IMG/VR virus record: IMGVR_UViG_2731957577_000001
Location: 134,000 to 197,999 of that record
Source of the DNA: a virus
Lineage: Duplodnaviria; Caudoviricetes
Strand: one strand, 5' to 3'
DNA length: 64,000 bases
Part shown: piece by piece, positions 47,569 through 58,167 of the stretch
Layout of the letters: every line of letters begins with the position of its first letter
How positions within the stretch are numbered: the first letter of the stretch is position 1
Notes under the pieces: model-generated
Database searches by the model: none
Told to the model about the DNA's origin: nothing
The model's input: only the letters and a program-made list of their open reading frames with translations
Program-made: the position numbers and the translations under genes

Positions 47569-48108
47569 ATGCCTCAGTTGAAAATTGGTTTGGCACCCAA
47601 AAAGGTCAGCTTCTATGATCCCCTCACCAACACGTATTTGACCCTGAGTGAACCCGTGGAGATCATCAACTTCGATGACTCCACGGACCTCTCAGGCATT
47701 TGCCGGGGGCTCTTTTGTCAGCAACCGGCACTTGTGTTGTATGAGGGAAAACTTCCGCAAGCTGCGATCGACGCGTGGAAAGCGAAGTTTACAACGAAAA
47801 TGACGGAGGGTGGAGCGCTCACTCGAGCGGATGCGATCCAGGCCCACTCCGCAGATGTTGTAACCGCGATGGCGTACTTCACGGATACGGGGGATCCGGT
47901 CAAGATTGAGATCCCGACCGAGGCGCTCCAGAAGCAGTTGAAGGTTCAGCAAGCCGGGGAGCCGGAGTCCGAGCCGGACAGTGAGGCGGACAGTGAGGCG
48001 GACAGTGAGCCGGAGCCGGCTGGACCTGCGGAGGAGAATGACCAAGAAGCTCAGCCAGCGCCTGATACGAAAAGCAAACGCGGAGGACGTGGACAAAAGG
48101 CGGAGTAA
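47569..48108 (+). CDS. Virion-module protein with acidic tandem-repeat tail
   Basis: 12-bp repeats (GACAGTGAGGCG) at ~47971-48018 encoding DSEA. Confidence 0.7.
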   Translation: MPQLKIGLAPKKVSFYDPLTNTYLTLSEPVEIINFDDSTDLSGICRGLFCQQPALVLYEGKLPQAAIDAWKAKFTTKMTEGGALTRADAIQAHSADVVTAMAYFTDTGDPVKIEIPTEALQKQLKVQQAGEPESEPDSEADSEADSEPEPAGPAEENDQEAQPAPDTKSKRGGRGQKAE

Positions 48109-48126
48109 TCGGAAGGCAGGGACGAT

Positions 48127-50151
48127 GTGATGCTAGAGTCACTTTTCTCAAACCAAGTGCTCGTCTCCTTTTTGGACGTGCCTCTCCCTGTCATTGATCA
48201 AAAGCCACTCTCTCGCGGAAATCAAACCTTCAAACAGGTGGCCTTCCCGGGTACCGCAGGCACCTATCGGATCCAGACGATCAATGCGAGCAATCGGCTC
48301 ACTAATGAAACGATCGTGAAGACGATCAGCACGGGGCTTGCATTGCCAGACATTCACCAGGAACGCTTTCGGATCAAGGCTGTCCTTCGTCAGCCGGCCG
48401 ATGGGATTCAAGAGTCATACTGGCTGACGATGGACAATCAGGGTTATGACCGTGTTCAGACGCATAACCAGTACCGGATGCGTGGCGTATCGGCCGACGG
48501 CATTTACTCCGATTGGGTCTACAGTCCAATGGTGGACGAAACAAGCCGCCTCCTGATCTATCAAATGCTGTATGACCTCATCGACATGATGCTGATGGCG
48601 GATGACCAAGCGGTGGATGCTCTGCTGACAACCATCGTCTCGGATACCTTCCGATCCGTCTATGAGGAAATCTCGGCTCGGTGGGAGTGGTTACAAGAGG
48701 TCGAGGAATCCATCGCCCAACAATTGAACGAATCCTTCACATTCATTGGCGAGGAATTGTCTCAGGAATTTCGTGAACATCTGATGGGGTCTTTTACCGA
48801 GTTTGCGACCTTGCTTCAGGTCTATCAGGTCTTTGAAACGGCCGACTTGGATCTCTCGTCGGTCTTCACTACCATCGTGCAGCATTTTCTTGAAGACCGT
48901 CTCGATGACGTGATTCGGGCTTCCGGACTCGAGGTGTTTCTCGAAAACGACGGAAATCTGCAGGTTTTGTTAGACGGCGACTACCATTTGGACATCCGTG
49001 GGGAACTCTTGCGGCATGCACTTCATGTAATGCCCCACGACGACTTTGTAGCGCAAATCAATGCTGCAGTAGAATTCATCATAGGACCTTATGTGATGGA
49101 AACCGTGGATTACAAGCTGCTCGAATCCGCGTGTCAATCCACACACCAGATGAAATCGGAAGTCCAAGAAATCCTCGAGGCAGGGAAGACGGAAGAACTG
49201 GACCTCTTTTTTAACTTAGTCCTCACACATCTGTATATTCCGTCCCTCTGGATCGACCACCGGCTGGCCGAACTGCAAGTGCAGGCCGCGGCAGACGTCG
49301 CTTCGATGATACCGGATGACGGGGTTGAAGTCGTGGCGTTTGATGATGACCAAAGTCAGTTTCGGATTTTTGTGCTTCGAGACATCATCGAAGAATTGAT
49401 CCGGGGCGATCAACTGCCCATGACCGAGCATGAAATAGCGTTGCTGGATCGGTGGTTAGAGTGGTGGGATGAAACACGATGTGCGCTTCTGGATTACAAC
49501 TTCTATGAATTCCTTGACGTCTTTTCGAGGATGGGCGAACAATTCACCCAGTCCTATGAGAAGTGGATGGCGACTCACAATGAGTCCATGTCGATCGATC
49601 CTCGGGAACTGACCCAGTCTATAGCCAGTTTGAAGGCTCAGTCCGATGAGTCGGTACAGATGTCATGGGCGGATGCCGTCACCAGTAAAGGGCGATGGGA
49701 AGCCGAGTCACAGGAACCGTTCCCGATCCAAACGGATGAAGGGACGGCCGCCATCCAGACGAAGAAGGCGCAAGTTCTGGAGGATCAAATTTCCGCACTT
49801 ATCAACGAGAGCTTGTCGGCTCCATCGACAAAGCACTTCGTAGGGTTCGATGAGTATCTTCGGGTGATCTCTGGAGAGGGCGCAGAGATCCGTTTCAGAG
49901 ACCGTGTGGATGTCTCTGAACCACTTTCCGTTGGCATCTCACCGGCGTTCAACCCGATCTACATGCCGAACCCGACGGATTCGAGGATGTCCGTGATCTA
50001 TACAAACAAGCAACAGGAGTTCTCGTTCGATCTCTCCGATGTCTATTTCATGCCCGGACGAGAGAAAGTCCAATATGCGCTTGGCGATCTTGGATCTTCC
50101 TGGCCGCTTGGCAAGTTTATCCTCGGCAAAAATACGCTCAAAGGGGTGTAA
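48127..50151 (+). CDS. Large acidic structural protein (fibre/chaperone candidate)
   Basis: 674-aa ORF in the late operon. Confidence 0.65.
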   Translation: MMLESLFSNQVLVSFLDVPLPVIDQKPLSRGNQTFKQVAFPGTAGTYRIQTINASNRLTNETIVKTISTGLALPDIHQERFRIKAVLRQPADGIQESYWLTMDNQGYDRVQTHNQYRMRGVSADGIYSDWVYSPMVDETSRLLIYQMLYDLIDMMLMADDQAVDALLTTIVSDTFRSVYEEISARWEWLQEVEESIAQQLNESFTFIGEELSQEFREHLMGSFTEFATLLQVYQVFETADLDLSSVFTTIVQHFLEDRLDDVIRASGLEVFLENDGNLQVLLDGDYHLDIRGELLRHALHVMPHDDFVAQINAAVEFIIGPYVMETVDYKLLESACQSTHQMKSEVQEILEAGKTEELDLFFNLVLTHLYIPSLWIDHRLAELQVQAAADVASMIPDDGVEVVAFDDDQSQFRIFVLRDIIEELIRGDQLPMTEHEIALLDRWLEWWDETRCALLDYNFYEFLDVFSRMGEQFTQSYEKWMATHNESMSIDPRELTQSIASLKAQSDESVQMSWADAVTSKGRWEAESQEPFPIQTDEGTAAIQTKKAQVLEDQISALINESLSAPSTKHFVGFDEYLRVISGEGAEIRFRDRVDVSEPLSVGISPAFNPIYMPNPTDSRMSVIYTNKQQEFSFDLSDVYFMPGREKVQYALGDLGSSWPLGKFILGKNTLKGV

Positions 50152-50156
50152 CCTGA

Positions 50157-52043
50157 ATGGACCTGAAGACGGTTGAAAAGCTCGTTTCGATGCTTCCGGA
50201 TGGTCCAAAGAAGAACGAGTTTCTGGCCAAACTGAGGGCCGCTCGTCAACGGAATCAGGGAGGTTTGCACGACACCGTGGAGTATCGACCGGTCGGGCAC
50301 ATTAAGATTGAAGCCATTGACGAAGAAGGGAAAGTCACAGGCGTTCTGGCGGAACAACCGAACCTGGTTGTTCATGGCGCAGAAGAGATTCTTTTGCGGG
50401 CCTTTGCCGGTGATCCGGAGCGCTGCTTGTACAAGAACCGGATTCCGAAGACCAATCCGTCTCCGGTGTACTTTGTCGCGCTGCCAGATGGCGTATTCTC
50501 GACCACAGACTCGGCAGGGAATACACAACTCAATCACAAGCCGAACACCTTCTGGGCCGCGGTGAATGATGCAGACTTCAACATTACGTATTCGTACCGT
50601 CCGATCACCATGTGGATTAAGCAGGTCACGCCGTCTCCGCAGCCCGACAAAGTGGCGTTCCAGATCTATAGCTCGCCGGTCTCTGATGGTATCCCAATTT
50701 CGTCCGAAATCTATAGCTCGGCGACCAACATGTTCATTGGGATTGGCGATGGTTTGCGAAAGTCGGTCCCGTTGAGTGACACGCGTTTGACATGGACCGC
50801 AGGTTTTGCTGCAGATGCATCGGGGCACATGGTTTCCACTACCGTTGGCGATACGGTGTCCTTTGCTGAAAAGATCAGTAACTTTGCAGTGTCTTACCAG
50901 AAGTCCAATACCGGTGGGCAGATTGGCGTTTACATCAACGGCGTGCTGAAAGAGACGATTGAGACGTACGATTCTTCCTTGGATACACCCGTTGAAGAGC
51001 AGAAGGTCTACGACAGTTTGGACCCGACCGTCGCGACGAATGTTGAGCTTCGGTTTGCTGGAGCCGATGAATCCATCGCCTCTCCTCAGCTTGTGATCAC
51101 AGACTTGCAGTGGGATGCTCTTCAGGTCTCAGACGCAAGTCTCATCCATGAGTTCGAGAACTACACGAACGTGTTTGACACGCCGAGCGCCTTCAGTACG
51201 ACGACGACATCTCCGTTTACCGTTCAGCTTCCAAACTACCCAGTCGATCCGGAATCTGTCGTCGTCACGTACAACAACGTGACACTCACGCAGGTTCAAA
51301 AGCAGAGTGACGTGGTGGATGGCACGTACTATGTCGACGGGTTGCACGGCAAGCTGTACTTCTCCCGCGCTCTTAGCCACTTGCTCATCACGTACAACAC
51401 GACCGGTGAGATCTACAACCTGGTCAATCCTGCGATCTTGACGAGCGTTACAGCAAACAGTCGTCCGGCTTGGGAGTTCGTGCATGAGGAAAAGTATCGA
51501 CCGACCGACGGCACCATCATCGTTCGGAACCCGGATACGGGCGCCCAATACACGCAGGTTTCCGCGGATACGGCCATGGGCCAGGGCAAGTTCATGATCG
51601 ACACGGCAGATGGGGCCAACAAAAATATTGGCATCATCATCGACCAGCAGGACCCGGATGGCAACACACCGACCAAACTTGAGATCCTCTTCAAGTCTGT
51701 CGATCGCCCGGGCGTTCCGACTGGATATACGCGCCAGGTCATTCAGAAACCCAAATCCGGCGTCGGGTATCCCTGGTACAGCCTCGACAGCGGTTCAGTC
51801 AGCTTTGTCACTGAATTTCCGGCAGGCGTCCCGGCCGGCGATGTGACGATTCGAGAGATGATTCTGGCCGATGGTCCGCGCGTGGAGGATGGCATTCCGG
51901 GCTACAACAACTATCCGGTTCACACGTTCTCTCTCGTGCGTGTTGGCGAGACTCGTAAAGAATCGACCACTGGGATCCGTGTAACCTGGACGATTACCCT
52001 GCAGAACTCTTCCGGACAGCCGTTCACCGGCGGTACGCAGTAA
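50157..52043 (+). CDS. Beta-rich structural protein, paralogue of 52064..53857
   Basis: Shared N-terminal G.I.IE.....NLVV.GA and C-terminal G...K...TG.R.TW. Confidence 0.75.
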   Translation: MDLKTVEKLVSMLPDGPKKNEFLAKLRAARQRNQGGLHDTVEYRPVGHIKIEAIDEEGKVTGVLAEQPNLVVHGAEEILLRAFAGDPERCLYKNRIPKTNPSPVYFVALPDGVFSTTDSAGNTQLNHKPNTFWAAVNDADFNITYSYRPITMWIKQVTPSPQPDKVAFQIYSSPVSDGIPISSEIYSSATNMFIGIGDGLRKSVPLSDTRLTWTAGFAADASGHMVSTTVGDTVSFAEKISNFAVSYQKSNTGGQIGVYINGVLKETIETYDSSLDTPVEEQKVYDSLDPTVATNVELRFAGADESIASPQLVITDLQWDALQVSDASLIHEFENYTNVFDTPSAFSTTTTSPFTVQLPNYPVDPESVVVTYNNVTLTQVQKQSDVVDGTYYVDGLHGKLYFSRALSHLLITYNTTGEIYNLVNPAILTSVTANSRPAWEFVHEEKYRPTDGTIIVRNPDTGAQYTQVSADTAMGQGKFMIDTADGANKNIGIIIDQQDPDGNTPTKLEILFKSVDRPGVPTGYTRQVIQKPKSGVGYPWYSLDSGSVSFVTEFPAGVPAGDVTIREMILADGPRVEDGIPGYNNYPVHTFSLVRVGETRKESTTGIRVTWTITLQNSSGQPFTGGTQ

Positions 52044-52063
52044 TGAGGAGGCGAAACAAGCAG

Positions 52064-53857
52064 ATGAATGCGATGCTTGAAAATGCGCATGTGAACGCCA
52101 AAGGCCGCGTGAAGGTGGAACTGTATGACGAACACGGTGTTCTCCAGACCTTCGAGAAAAAGAACCTGGTGGTGATTGGCGCCAATAAGATTATCGGGAA
52201 GGTCATGGCCGACCCCGCAAAAATGACTCGAGTTCATCAGACGGACACTGGTGCAACGGCCGGCATGCGCGGCGCCAATGGGTTCTATTCCTTCCAACTC
52301 TCCACACAGCGCGAGAGCCTTGGCGTATACGATTTCGATCCAGGCGCGATGAACTCGAATCGGGCCTTCACCTTGCCGGCCAATAACATTCTGTCCATCG
52401 ACAAGGCAACCGTAGGTGGGGCCGATGTAATCCTGGATCAAGATGTGTACTTGGTGGACGCTGCGGAAGGTGGCATCGAGTTTGCATCGGCTCCGACACA
52501 GCCGATTCATGTGGAGTTCCGGTACCGATCGAACCCCTATGTGGAGATGATCGCCGGCACCGAAACGGTTGTGGTCGATGGCGTGACGTTCAAGCGGGGC
52601 ACATCGCCCTCCGATGCGGCTCGGACGTACACGATTGACTATGGCTTAGGGCAGATCTATTTCGAGTCGGCCAAGTCGGATGTATCCGTGACGTATGACT
52701 ATAACATCCGATATGGTTTAGCCTTCATGGGCATCGGTGGCAAACCCGACGGCCACCCGGATTATGTCCCCGTGGCTTTTGGTCCATCGGATAAGACCAA
52801 GGCGAACATGCCCGAAGAGTTTGCGGATGCACGCCAGCCCATTCAATATCCGTGTGTGGTGTCGGATGGCGATCCAGAAATCGAAGTGTTTCCGACCGTC
52901 CCGATCCATTTCGTTTCACAGAACGCCACCGTCATGGTGACGGATGATGGGACTGGAAACCCGACTCGTTCCTACACGGTCCCACATCAAATCAATGGCG
53001 TCGATAACCGTGTGCTTCGCCTCACAAGGGTACACAATGCGACGAGCAATGTCGATTACGTCATTGACACCGATGTGGTTCTCACGGACCCCGTAAACGG
53101 TGTTGTATCCTTCCAGCCTTCCGCCACGATAGCGGCAGGAGATCAAATTGTCGTGACCTACGACGTTCAGGCCGACAGCAACTACTTGAACTACCAGATG
53201 TCCAATGCCCCGATTTTACAGTTGATTTCCGTGACGCATGAGGACAACGAAGGCAACGTCCGGGCCTACAACGTGGTGGGTGGCGGTTTGACGATTGGAC
53301 AGGGCGACGTATGGCTGCTCAATGCCAATGCTGGCATTGTCCAGTTCAGTGCATCGCCTCATGGAATTCCAGGTCAACCGACACCGCCGACACCGGATAC
53401 TCCGGGCCAGCTGACCTTCACCTATATGGTGAACTCGGGTACCACCGTGCAGTTTGTGGCGGACTTCCCGAAGGGCGTCCCAGGGCCGGTGCTGACGCCG
53501 ACCTCAAAGACCCTTGCCGCGACCAACGGCCAGGCTGCATATACGTTGGATTATCCTGTGGCCAAGGATGAGGGCGGCAACCCGATTATTAGCATCACGA
53601 AGAATGGTGTGGGGCTGACTCTAGGGACCGATTACACGGTCTCGGCCGACGGGACTACGGTGCAGTTCAATACACCGACCGTCAACACGGACGTCATCCT
53701 CGTGAACTACTCGTACCTGGAAGCCACCCATACGATCTACCAAGTCGCGATGTTCACGGACAAGACAGACGGCGAGATGTTCAACATCGCCGGCATTGGC
53801 CCGGTCACGAAAGATAACAATACCGGCATGCGGATCACGTGGTCGGTGACCTTCTGA
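52064..53857 (+). CDS. Beta-rich structural protein with repeated DY.ID...G.I.F modules
   Basis: GAGGAGG SD; repeated Ig-like modules. Confidence 0.75.
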   Translation: MNAMLENAHVNAKGRVKVELYDEHGVLQTFEKKNLVVIGANKIIGKVMADPAKMTRVHQTDTGATAGMRGANGFYSFQLSTQRESLGVYDFDPGAMNSNRAFTLPANNILSIDKATVGGADVILDQDVYLVDAAEGGIEFASAPTQPIHVEFRYRSNPYVEMIAGTETVVVDGVTFKRGTSPSDAARTYTIDYGLGQIYFESAKSDVSVTYDYNIRYGLAFMGIGGKPDGHPDYVPVAFGPSDKTKANMPEEFADARQPIQYPCVVSDGDPEIEVFPTVPIHFVSQNATVMVTDDGTGNPTRSYTVPHQINGVDNRVLRLTRVHNATSNVDYVIDTDVVLTDPVNGVVSFQPSATIAAGDQIVVTYDVQADSNYLNYQMSNAPILQLISVTHEDNEGNVRAYNVVGGGLTIGQGDVWLLNANAGIVQFSASPHGIPGQPTPPTPDTPGQLTFTYMVNSGTTVQFVADFPKGVPGPVLTPTSKTLAATNGQAAYTLDYPVAKDEGGNPIISITKNGVGLTLGTDYTVSADGTTVQFNTPTVNTDVILVNYSYLEATHTIYQVAMFTDKTDGEMFNIAGIGPVTKDNNTGMRITWSVTF

Positions 53858-53882
53858 TGTGCAAAGAAGGAGGTTGATCTGA

Positions 53883-54395
53883 ATGGCCACGCCCAACTAC
53901 ATGACTCGGATCAGCTTCCTCGATGGGCAAATCCTGCATGACTTTCACTTGAACATCATGCAGTCCAACATTGCCGAGGCGATCAAGTTGAAGACGACGA
54001 CGGAGCGGTATGATATGCTGCTCCTCATCTCGCCTTACAACTACTACTTTGCGGAGCCGTTCGTAGACACAACCAACCGGGATGCCTCCAGCACTGCAGA
54101 GTTAGATACGCTGAGCTTTTCGATCAACCAAGACAGCTGGATCACGCCGATGATGCAACTGCCGGAGGATGCCAGCGAGATCTACCTGCTGTGCAACAAA
54201 CAAGAGAACCCGGATTACGGCGCCACGGTGTCATTCTTCTATCGAACGAGTTCCACCGGGAGCTGGATTCCGATTGAGCCGGATACACAGACCCCATTGG
54301 GTACCACAACCCGGTTCATTCAACTCAAGGCGACGTGCAATTACACCGGCACGGTTCGGCCTATTCTCTATGATTTCTGCCTGATGTGGAAGTAA
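53883..54395 (+). CDS. Structural protein
   Basis: AAGGAGG SD; F.DGQ.L....LN..Q motif. Confidence 0.7.
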   Translation: MATPNYMTRISFLDGQILHDFHLNIMQSNIAEAIKLKTTTERYDMLLLISPYNYYFAEPFVDTTNRDASSTAELDTLSFSINQDSWITPMMQLPEDASEIYLLCNKQENPDYGATVSFFYRTSSTGSWIPIEPDTQTPLGTTTRFIQLKATCNYTGTVRPILYDFCLMWK

Positions 54396-54406
54396 GGAGG
54401 ATCGGC

Positions 54407-54718
54407 ATGGCACATGTGGAGCAGCACCCTACGTACCCTTTGTTCCGCAGGAAAGTAGGAGTCGTCCCGGACTTCACAGGGGCGAACTACATCTTTCAGG
54501 AAGTGCCGACGCCGGCTCCCGACGGCGTACAACGAACGTTTACGCTGAAGCATCAACCATTGCCGGACTCCGAGATGGTGTTTAAGGATGGCATGTTCAT
54601 GAGCAGGGGAGACGCGAACGACTACACACTCACGGGGAATCAGATCACCTTCGCAGAGCCACCTCCGTTTGGCTCTGTGATCCTGGTGAACTACCGATAT
54701 GCGGGGTTGGGTACATGA
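54407..54718 (+). CDS. Small Ig-like structural protein
   Basis: DG....FTL...P...DY...G..ITF..PP..G..I.V.Y. Confidence 0.75.
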   Translation: MAHVEQHPTYPLFRRKVGVVPDFTGANYIFQEVPTPAPDGVQRTFTLKHQPLPDSEMVFKDGMFMSRGDANDYTLTGNQITFAEPPPFGSVILVNYRYAGLGT

Positions 54719-55599
54719 ACTTTGTTTTACGTACCACCCCGAACCCCCTCGCTCGAAACGTGCCCTTGGACATTCAGATCGAAGTGATCTTCATGGTGGA
54801 CATCGATGTGTCTACCGTGGTTGAAGAGAACGTCATTCTGCTGGATGTCGGCCAACAGGCGGGTGTGCCCGTAGACCTCTCGTACGATCGTCGGGTTCTG
54901 ACCATCAAACCCAGGGCAAACCTGAATCCCGGTACCCATTATCAGGTGCAGTTGATTGGTGGCAAGGAAGGGTTCCGGGACATCACAGGCAACTACCTGG
55001 ATGTCGGTTACACCTTTGATTTCTATACCGATCATACCCGCGGGATTGAACCACCCGAGGTCTTTGAACCCGAGGATCTTTCGGAATGGAGCGCGCCGGT
55101 TCACTTTCGGTGGTCAGTGGCTGAGAACGCGGACCATTACGAACTCGAAGTATCCCAGAGTAACACCTTCTCTCCAATTGTGTGGAGTGGAGAGGTGCAT
55201 GACACTGAGGTGACGCCCGTCATCGATTATGAACCAGGTCCGTACTTCGCGCGGATTCGCTCGGTCGATTACAAAGGTCAGAAGAGCGAATACTCGCCGA
55301 TGATCCGGTTCTATTACACGGGCGGATTGCAGTCCGAGCCTGTCGAACAACTCGTCAGTGAGTTAACGAGTGAACAGCTCTCTGCCTTACAATCGTACTT
55401 CGCCCAGCAAGCTCCCTCCAATTCGCTGCATGTGGTTGGCTCGACACCCAAAGACGGGGCCGTTCACGTTGCCCATGACCAAGGACTCATCAACAACTGG
55501 CCGAATGCGCTCAAAGAGATTGTCATTGAGTTTGACGATACCATTGATCCCGCATCGGTGGACGGAACGGTCGTATACCTGGTCTCCGATCGGAACTAG
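54715..55599 (+). CDS. Ig-like (Big_5-type + FN3-like) protein ending in half a Big_5 domain
   Basis: T.P...A.NV...I.V.F..DID; HFRW...A.HYELEVS. Confidence 0.8.
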   Translation: MNFVLRTTPNPLARNVPLDIQIEVIFMVDIDVSTVVEENVILLDVGQQAGVPVDLSYDRRVLTIKPRANLNPGTHYQVQLIGGKEGFRDITGNYLDVGYTFDFYTDHTRGIEPPEVFEPEDLSEWSAPVHFRWSVAENADHYELEVSQSNTFSPIVWSGEVHDTEVTPVIDYEPGPYFARIRSVDYKGQKSEYSPMIRFYYTGGLQSEPVEQLVSELTSEQLSALQSYFAQQAPSNSLHVVGSTPKDGAVHVAHDQGLINNWPNALKEIVIEFDDTIDPASVDGTVVYLVSDRN

Positions 55600-55610
55600 A
55601 CCAAAGCCCT

Positions 55611-55895
55611 GTGACTCAACAGTTGCAGGGCTTTCCACGTCCATTTTTCGAGTCGCCGCATGACGCTGGAGAATACACGCAAAAGTCCACGATTTTGCTT
55701 GAATTCATGACCAACAAAGAGAAAAACAATCCACCGGATATGGATCTCCTGCGCATAGTCGCGATCGGCTCCCTTGGCGCAAATGGAGTGACCATCCTAG
55801 GCCGTGTTACACTTGACCTGATAGAAACTGGCCACGATACCAACGTGTATCCAGTATGGATCAAACAGTTCAAGAATCATTTCTTGAACTGGTAA
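55611..55895 (+). CDS. Doubtful hypothetical ORF within the insert between Ig-like genes
   Basis: Open frame but no clear SD; start lies in a terminator-like hairpin. Confidence 0.3.
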   Translation: MTQQLQGFPRPFFESPHDAGEYTQKSTILLEFMTNKEKNNPPDMDLLRIVAIGSLGANGVTILGRVTLDLIETGHDTNVYPVWIKQFKNHFLNW

Positions 55896-55926
55896 CGTGG
55901 TGTTGTTGAGAGGACGGTGATGGTGT

Positions 55927-56640
55927 ATGGGACAATCCGACTCGACGGATGTGAATCAGCTCCCTTCGAGTGCGTATGCCTTACCGGCAAGCATTCGGGT
56001 GGAAGGCAATAAGCTGATCCTCACGCCGCAGGCGGGTTTTCAGTTCAATACCAACTACACCGTCGTCTTGATGCCAGGGATTAAATCCACCAGCGGTAAG
56101 GTCCTCCTCGAGCCTCAGACGATCAACTTCTCCTCGGAGTTCGCTCCCCTGTATACCTCGCCTACTGCTGTGCGACAGATCTTGCGAACCTTCGCCGATA
56201 ACTTCTCTCTCCAAGAGATCTACGTGGCGATTCGGGATGCAGGCTATAAAGCGCAGAACCTAACCGGGCGATTCTCCGATCCGAACGATCCTCGTTTCCG
56301 TCCGATCCTGTCGATGTATGTGGAGTATTTCCCGGCCACACGCTTTTGTGCGTATGAGGCAGCACGGACGCTCCTCAGTTCGCTGCTCCTCAAGATGCTT
56401 GAAGATCCCATGCTCGTGGACATCGGGACGAATGTGCAGGTCTCCTTGGGCGACTTTCGAGTCGCAGAGTCTTCCAATACCGACGCCTTTCAGGCGGTTG
56501 AGGAGATGCTCTCCCAAATCGACCGTGAATTGGTCTACTGGAGAGACGCGCTCATGGGTCGCACCAAGCGTGGATATGCGAAGCCGCAGTCGGCACAGTT
56601 CCGGACCGCGAGCGGATCCCCGACATCGAGGGACTTCTGA
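55927..56640 (+). CDS. Head-tail connector-like protein starting with the C-terminal half of a Big_5 domain
   Basis: LILTP....NTNYTV....GIKS.SG..L...F, then PLY....VR helical connector-like domain. Confidence 0.7.
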   Translation: MGQSDSTDVNQLPSSAYALPASIRVEGNKLILTPQAGFQFNTNYTVVLMPGIKSTSGKVLLEPQTINFSSEFAPLYTSPTAVRQILRTFADNFSLQEIYVAIRDAGYKAQNLTGRFSDPNDPRFRPILSMYVEYFPATRFCAYEAARTLLSSLLLKMLEDPMLVDIGTNVQVSLGDFRVAESSNTDAFQAVEEMLSQIDRELVYWRDALMGRTKRGYAKPQSAQFRTASGSPTSRDF

Positions 56641-57140
56641 TGTTTACATTTGAGAATGTCCCGGACATTCGACAGATCATCGGGCAACTGTTTGATCGTT
56701 TTAGCTACAAGATCGTCTACGTTCGGAGAAACCGCAAGTTCAAATGTACCTGCTACTCCGAGCGAAGTGGTGAAGGAGACCCATCCTGTCCAAAGTGCTT
56801 TGGGACCGGAAATGTGGTCACAATTGAGACGGTACGTACACGGCGCCGGTTTCAGACCATTCCTGAAACGCTCCCAGGTGCCGGGAAATATACATCCGCG
56901 GGTACGTTCTCCATTCAGGCCTATGTCTACTACTTCGAAGCCGGAACGAATCCGCAGATGGGCGATTTGATTCTGGAGGTCGATTGGGACCAAGACAAAC
57001 CCATTGGCGTCCGGGAGAAACTCTACATCTCCACGATCCAGACCATGCAGGAATTTGAAGGTAATCCAGCCTTCTATCAAGTCTATGCCCGTTCGAACTG
57101 GAAGGGGGATGCGGATGACATCGCCCTCTCCGAGCATTAG
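56640..57140 (+). CDS. Head closure/neck protein with Zn-finger
   Basis: C.C....CPKC.GTG; P..GD.I.EV.W. Confidence 0.65.
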   Translation: MFTFENVPDIRQIIGQLFDRFSYKIVYVRRNRKFKCTCYSERSGEGDPSCPKCFGTGNVVTIETVRTRRRFQTIPETLPGAGKYTSAGTFSIQAYVYYFEAGTNPQMGDLILEVDWDQDKPIGVREKLYISTIQTMQEFEGNPAFYQVYARSNWKGDADDIALSEH

Positions 57141-58167
57141 CTATCAGCAGCTCCCCTTTGTGTACGTCGAGCCATCCATCGAACCCGGAAAGCAACTGGT
57201 GCTTGCTGCGGCCTCCGAACAAGGCGATCTGTATCAGCCTATGGAAGTGACCAATCCCGATATGGTGACGCGCCTTTTTGGATCGGGGCCCTTGGTCGAC
57301 CGGTACAAAGAGATGGCGAACACAGGGCTCACGACTATGTATGTGATGCGGATCGAAGATGGCCAGTTCGAGAAGGCATTTCAAGCACTGGCGCCCTTTG
57401 TTTTTGACCTGGCCTATATCGATGGGCTGTACTTTCACACTCACCCCGATGCGATTCAACAGTTCATTGAGTTCGCCAAGGAACGGGAGTATGAAGGCCG
57501 ACTGATTCATGGAATCTTTGATGTTCCAGGCCTTTCAACCTATGCCGACCTCCGGGGTATCTTTCCGCAAATCGCGTCGCTGACGATCCCCGTTTCCGAT
57601 GGGGTCGATGAGACCGGGAAGTACATTTCGGTGGTGGCGGATCAATTCAGTGACGCAAGGGCCGGCGCCGTATATGCCGCGCTGGTCGCCAGCTTGGATC
57701 CCCAGGTCAGTCCGGTAAACAAGCCGGTGACGGCCACACTGCAGAGTGAGTTCACGAATGACCAGATTCTTGATCTTCGAACCAAAGGTGTCGTGTGTTT
57801 CAGGAACTCGATCAAAAAAGGTCTGGTCTGTACCTCCTCGACCTGCGCGGTTGCCACCGAAGGCAGTGTCCATCAACACATCTCCAACTTTCGAATCGCC
57901 CAGCGTTGTATCCAAGCCATTGCGGAACAACTGGAACAGTTCATTGGACGCTTGGGTTCCTTTATACAGACGGATCAACTGGAGTCCATCGTCGAAGCCG
58001 CCCTCATGCAACAGTTGAAGGATGGCCTCATTCGAGACTACCGCTATGACATCCGCATTGACCGTCAAGACCCACGGATCTATGTGATCCACACCACCAT
58101 CGAGATTGTCCCCTTATTTTCCGTCCATTCGATGACCCAAACATCTCAGGTGCAGGTGAGAATTTGA
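57115..58167 (+). CDS. Short tail-sheath paralogue
   Basis: G...QP..V, LFG, RI, GA.YAAL...L....SP.N.P, S..RI shared with the main sheath. Confidence 0.75.
   Translation: MTSPSPSISYQQLPFVYVEPSIEPGKQLVLAAASEQGDLYQPMEVTNPDMVTRLFGSGPLVDRYKEMANTGLTTMYVMRIEDGQFEKAFQALAPFVFDLAYIDGLYFHTHPDAIQQFIEFAKEREYEGRLIHGIFDVPGLSTYADLRGIFPQIASLTIPVSDGVDETGKYISVVADQFSDARAGAVYAALVASLDPQVSPVNKPVTATLQSEFTNDQILDLRTKGVVCFRNSIKKGLVCTSSTCAVATEGSVHQHISNFRIAQRCIQAIAEQLEQFIGRLGSFIQTDQLESIVEAALMQQLKDGLIRDYRYDIRIDRQDPRIYVIHTTIEIVPLFSVHSMTQTSQVQVRI

Noticed and set aside
55600-55926. Group I intron
   Set aside because: An ATAGTC is present but has no upstream GACTA partner for P7, and no core could be built
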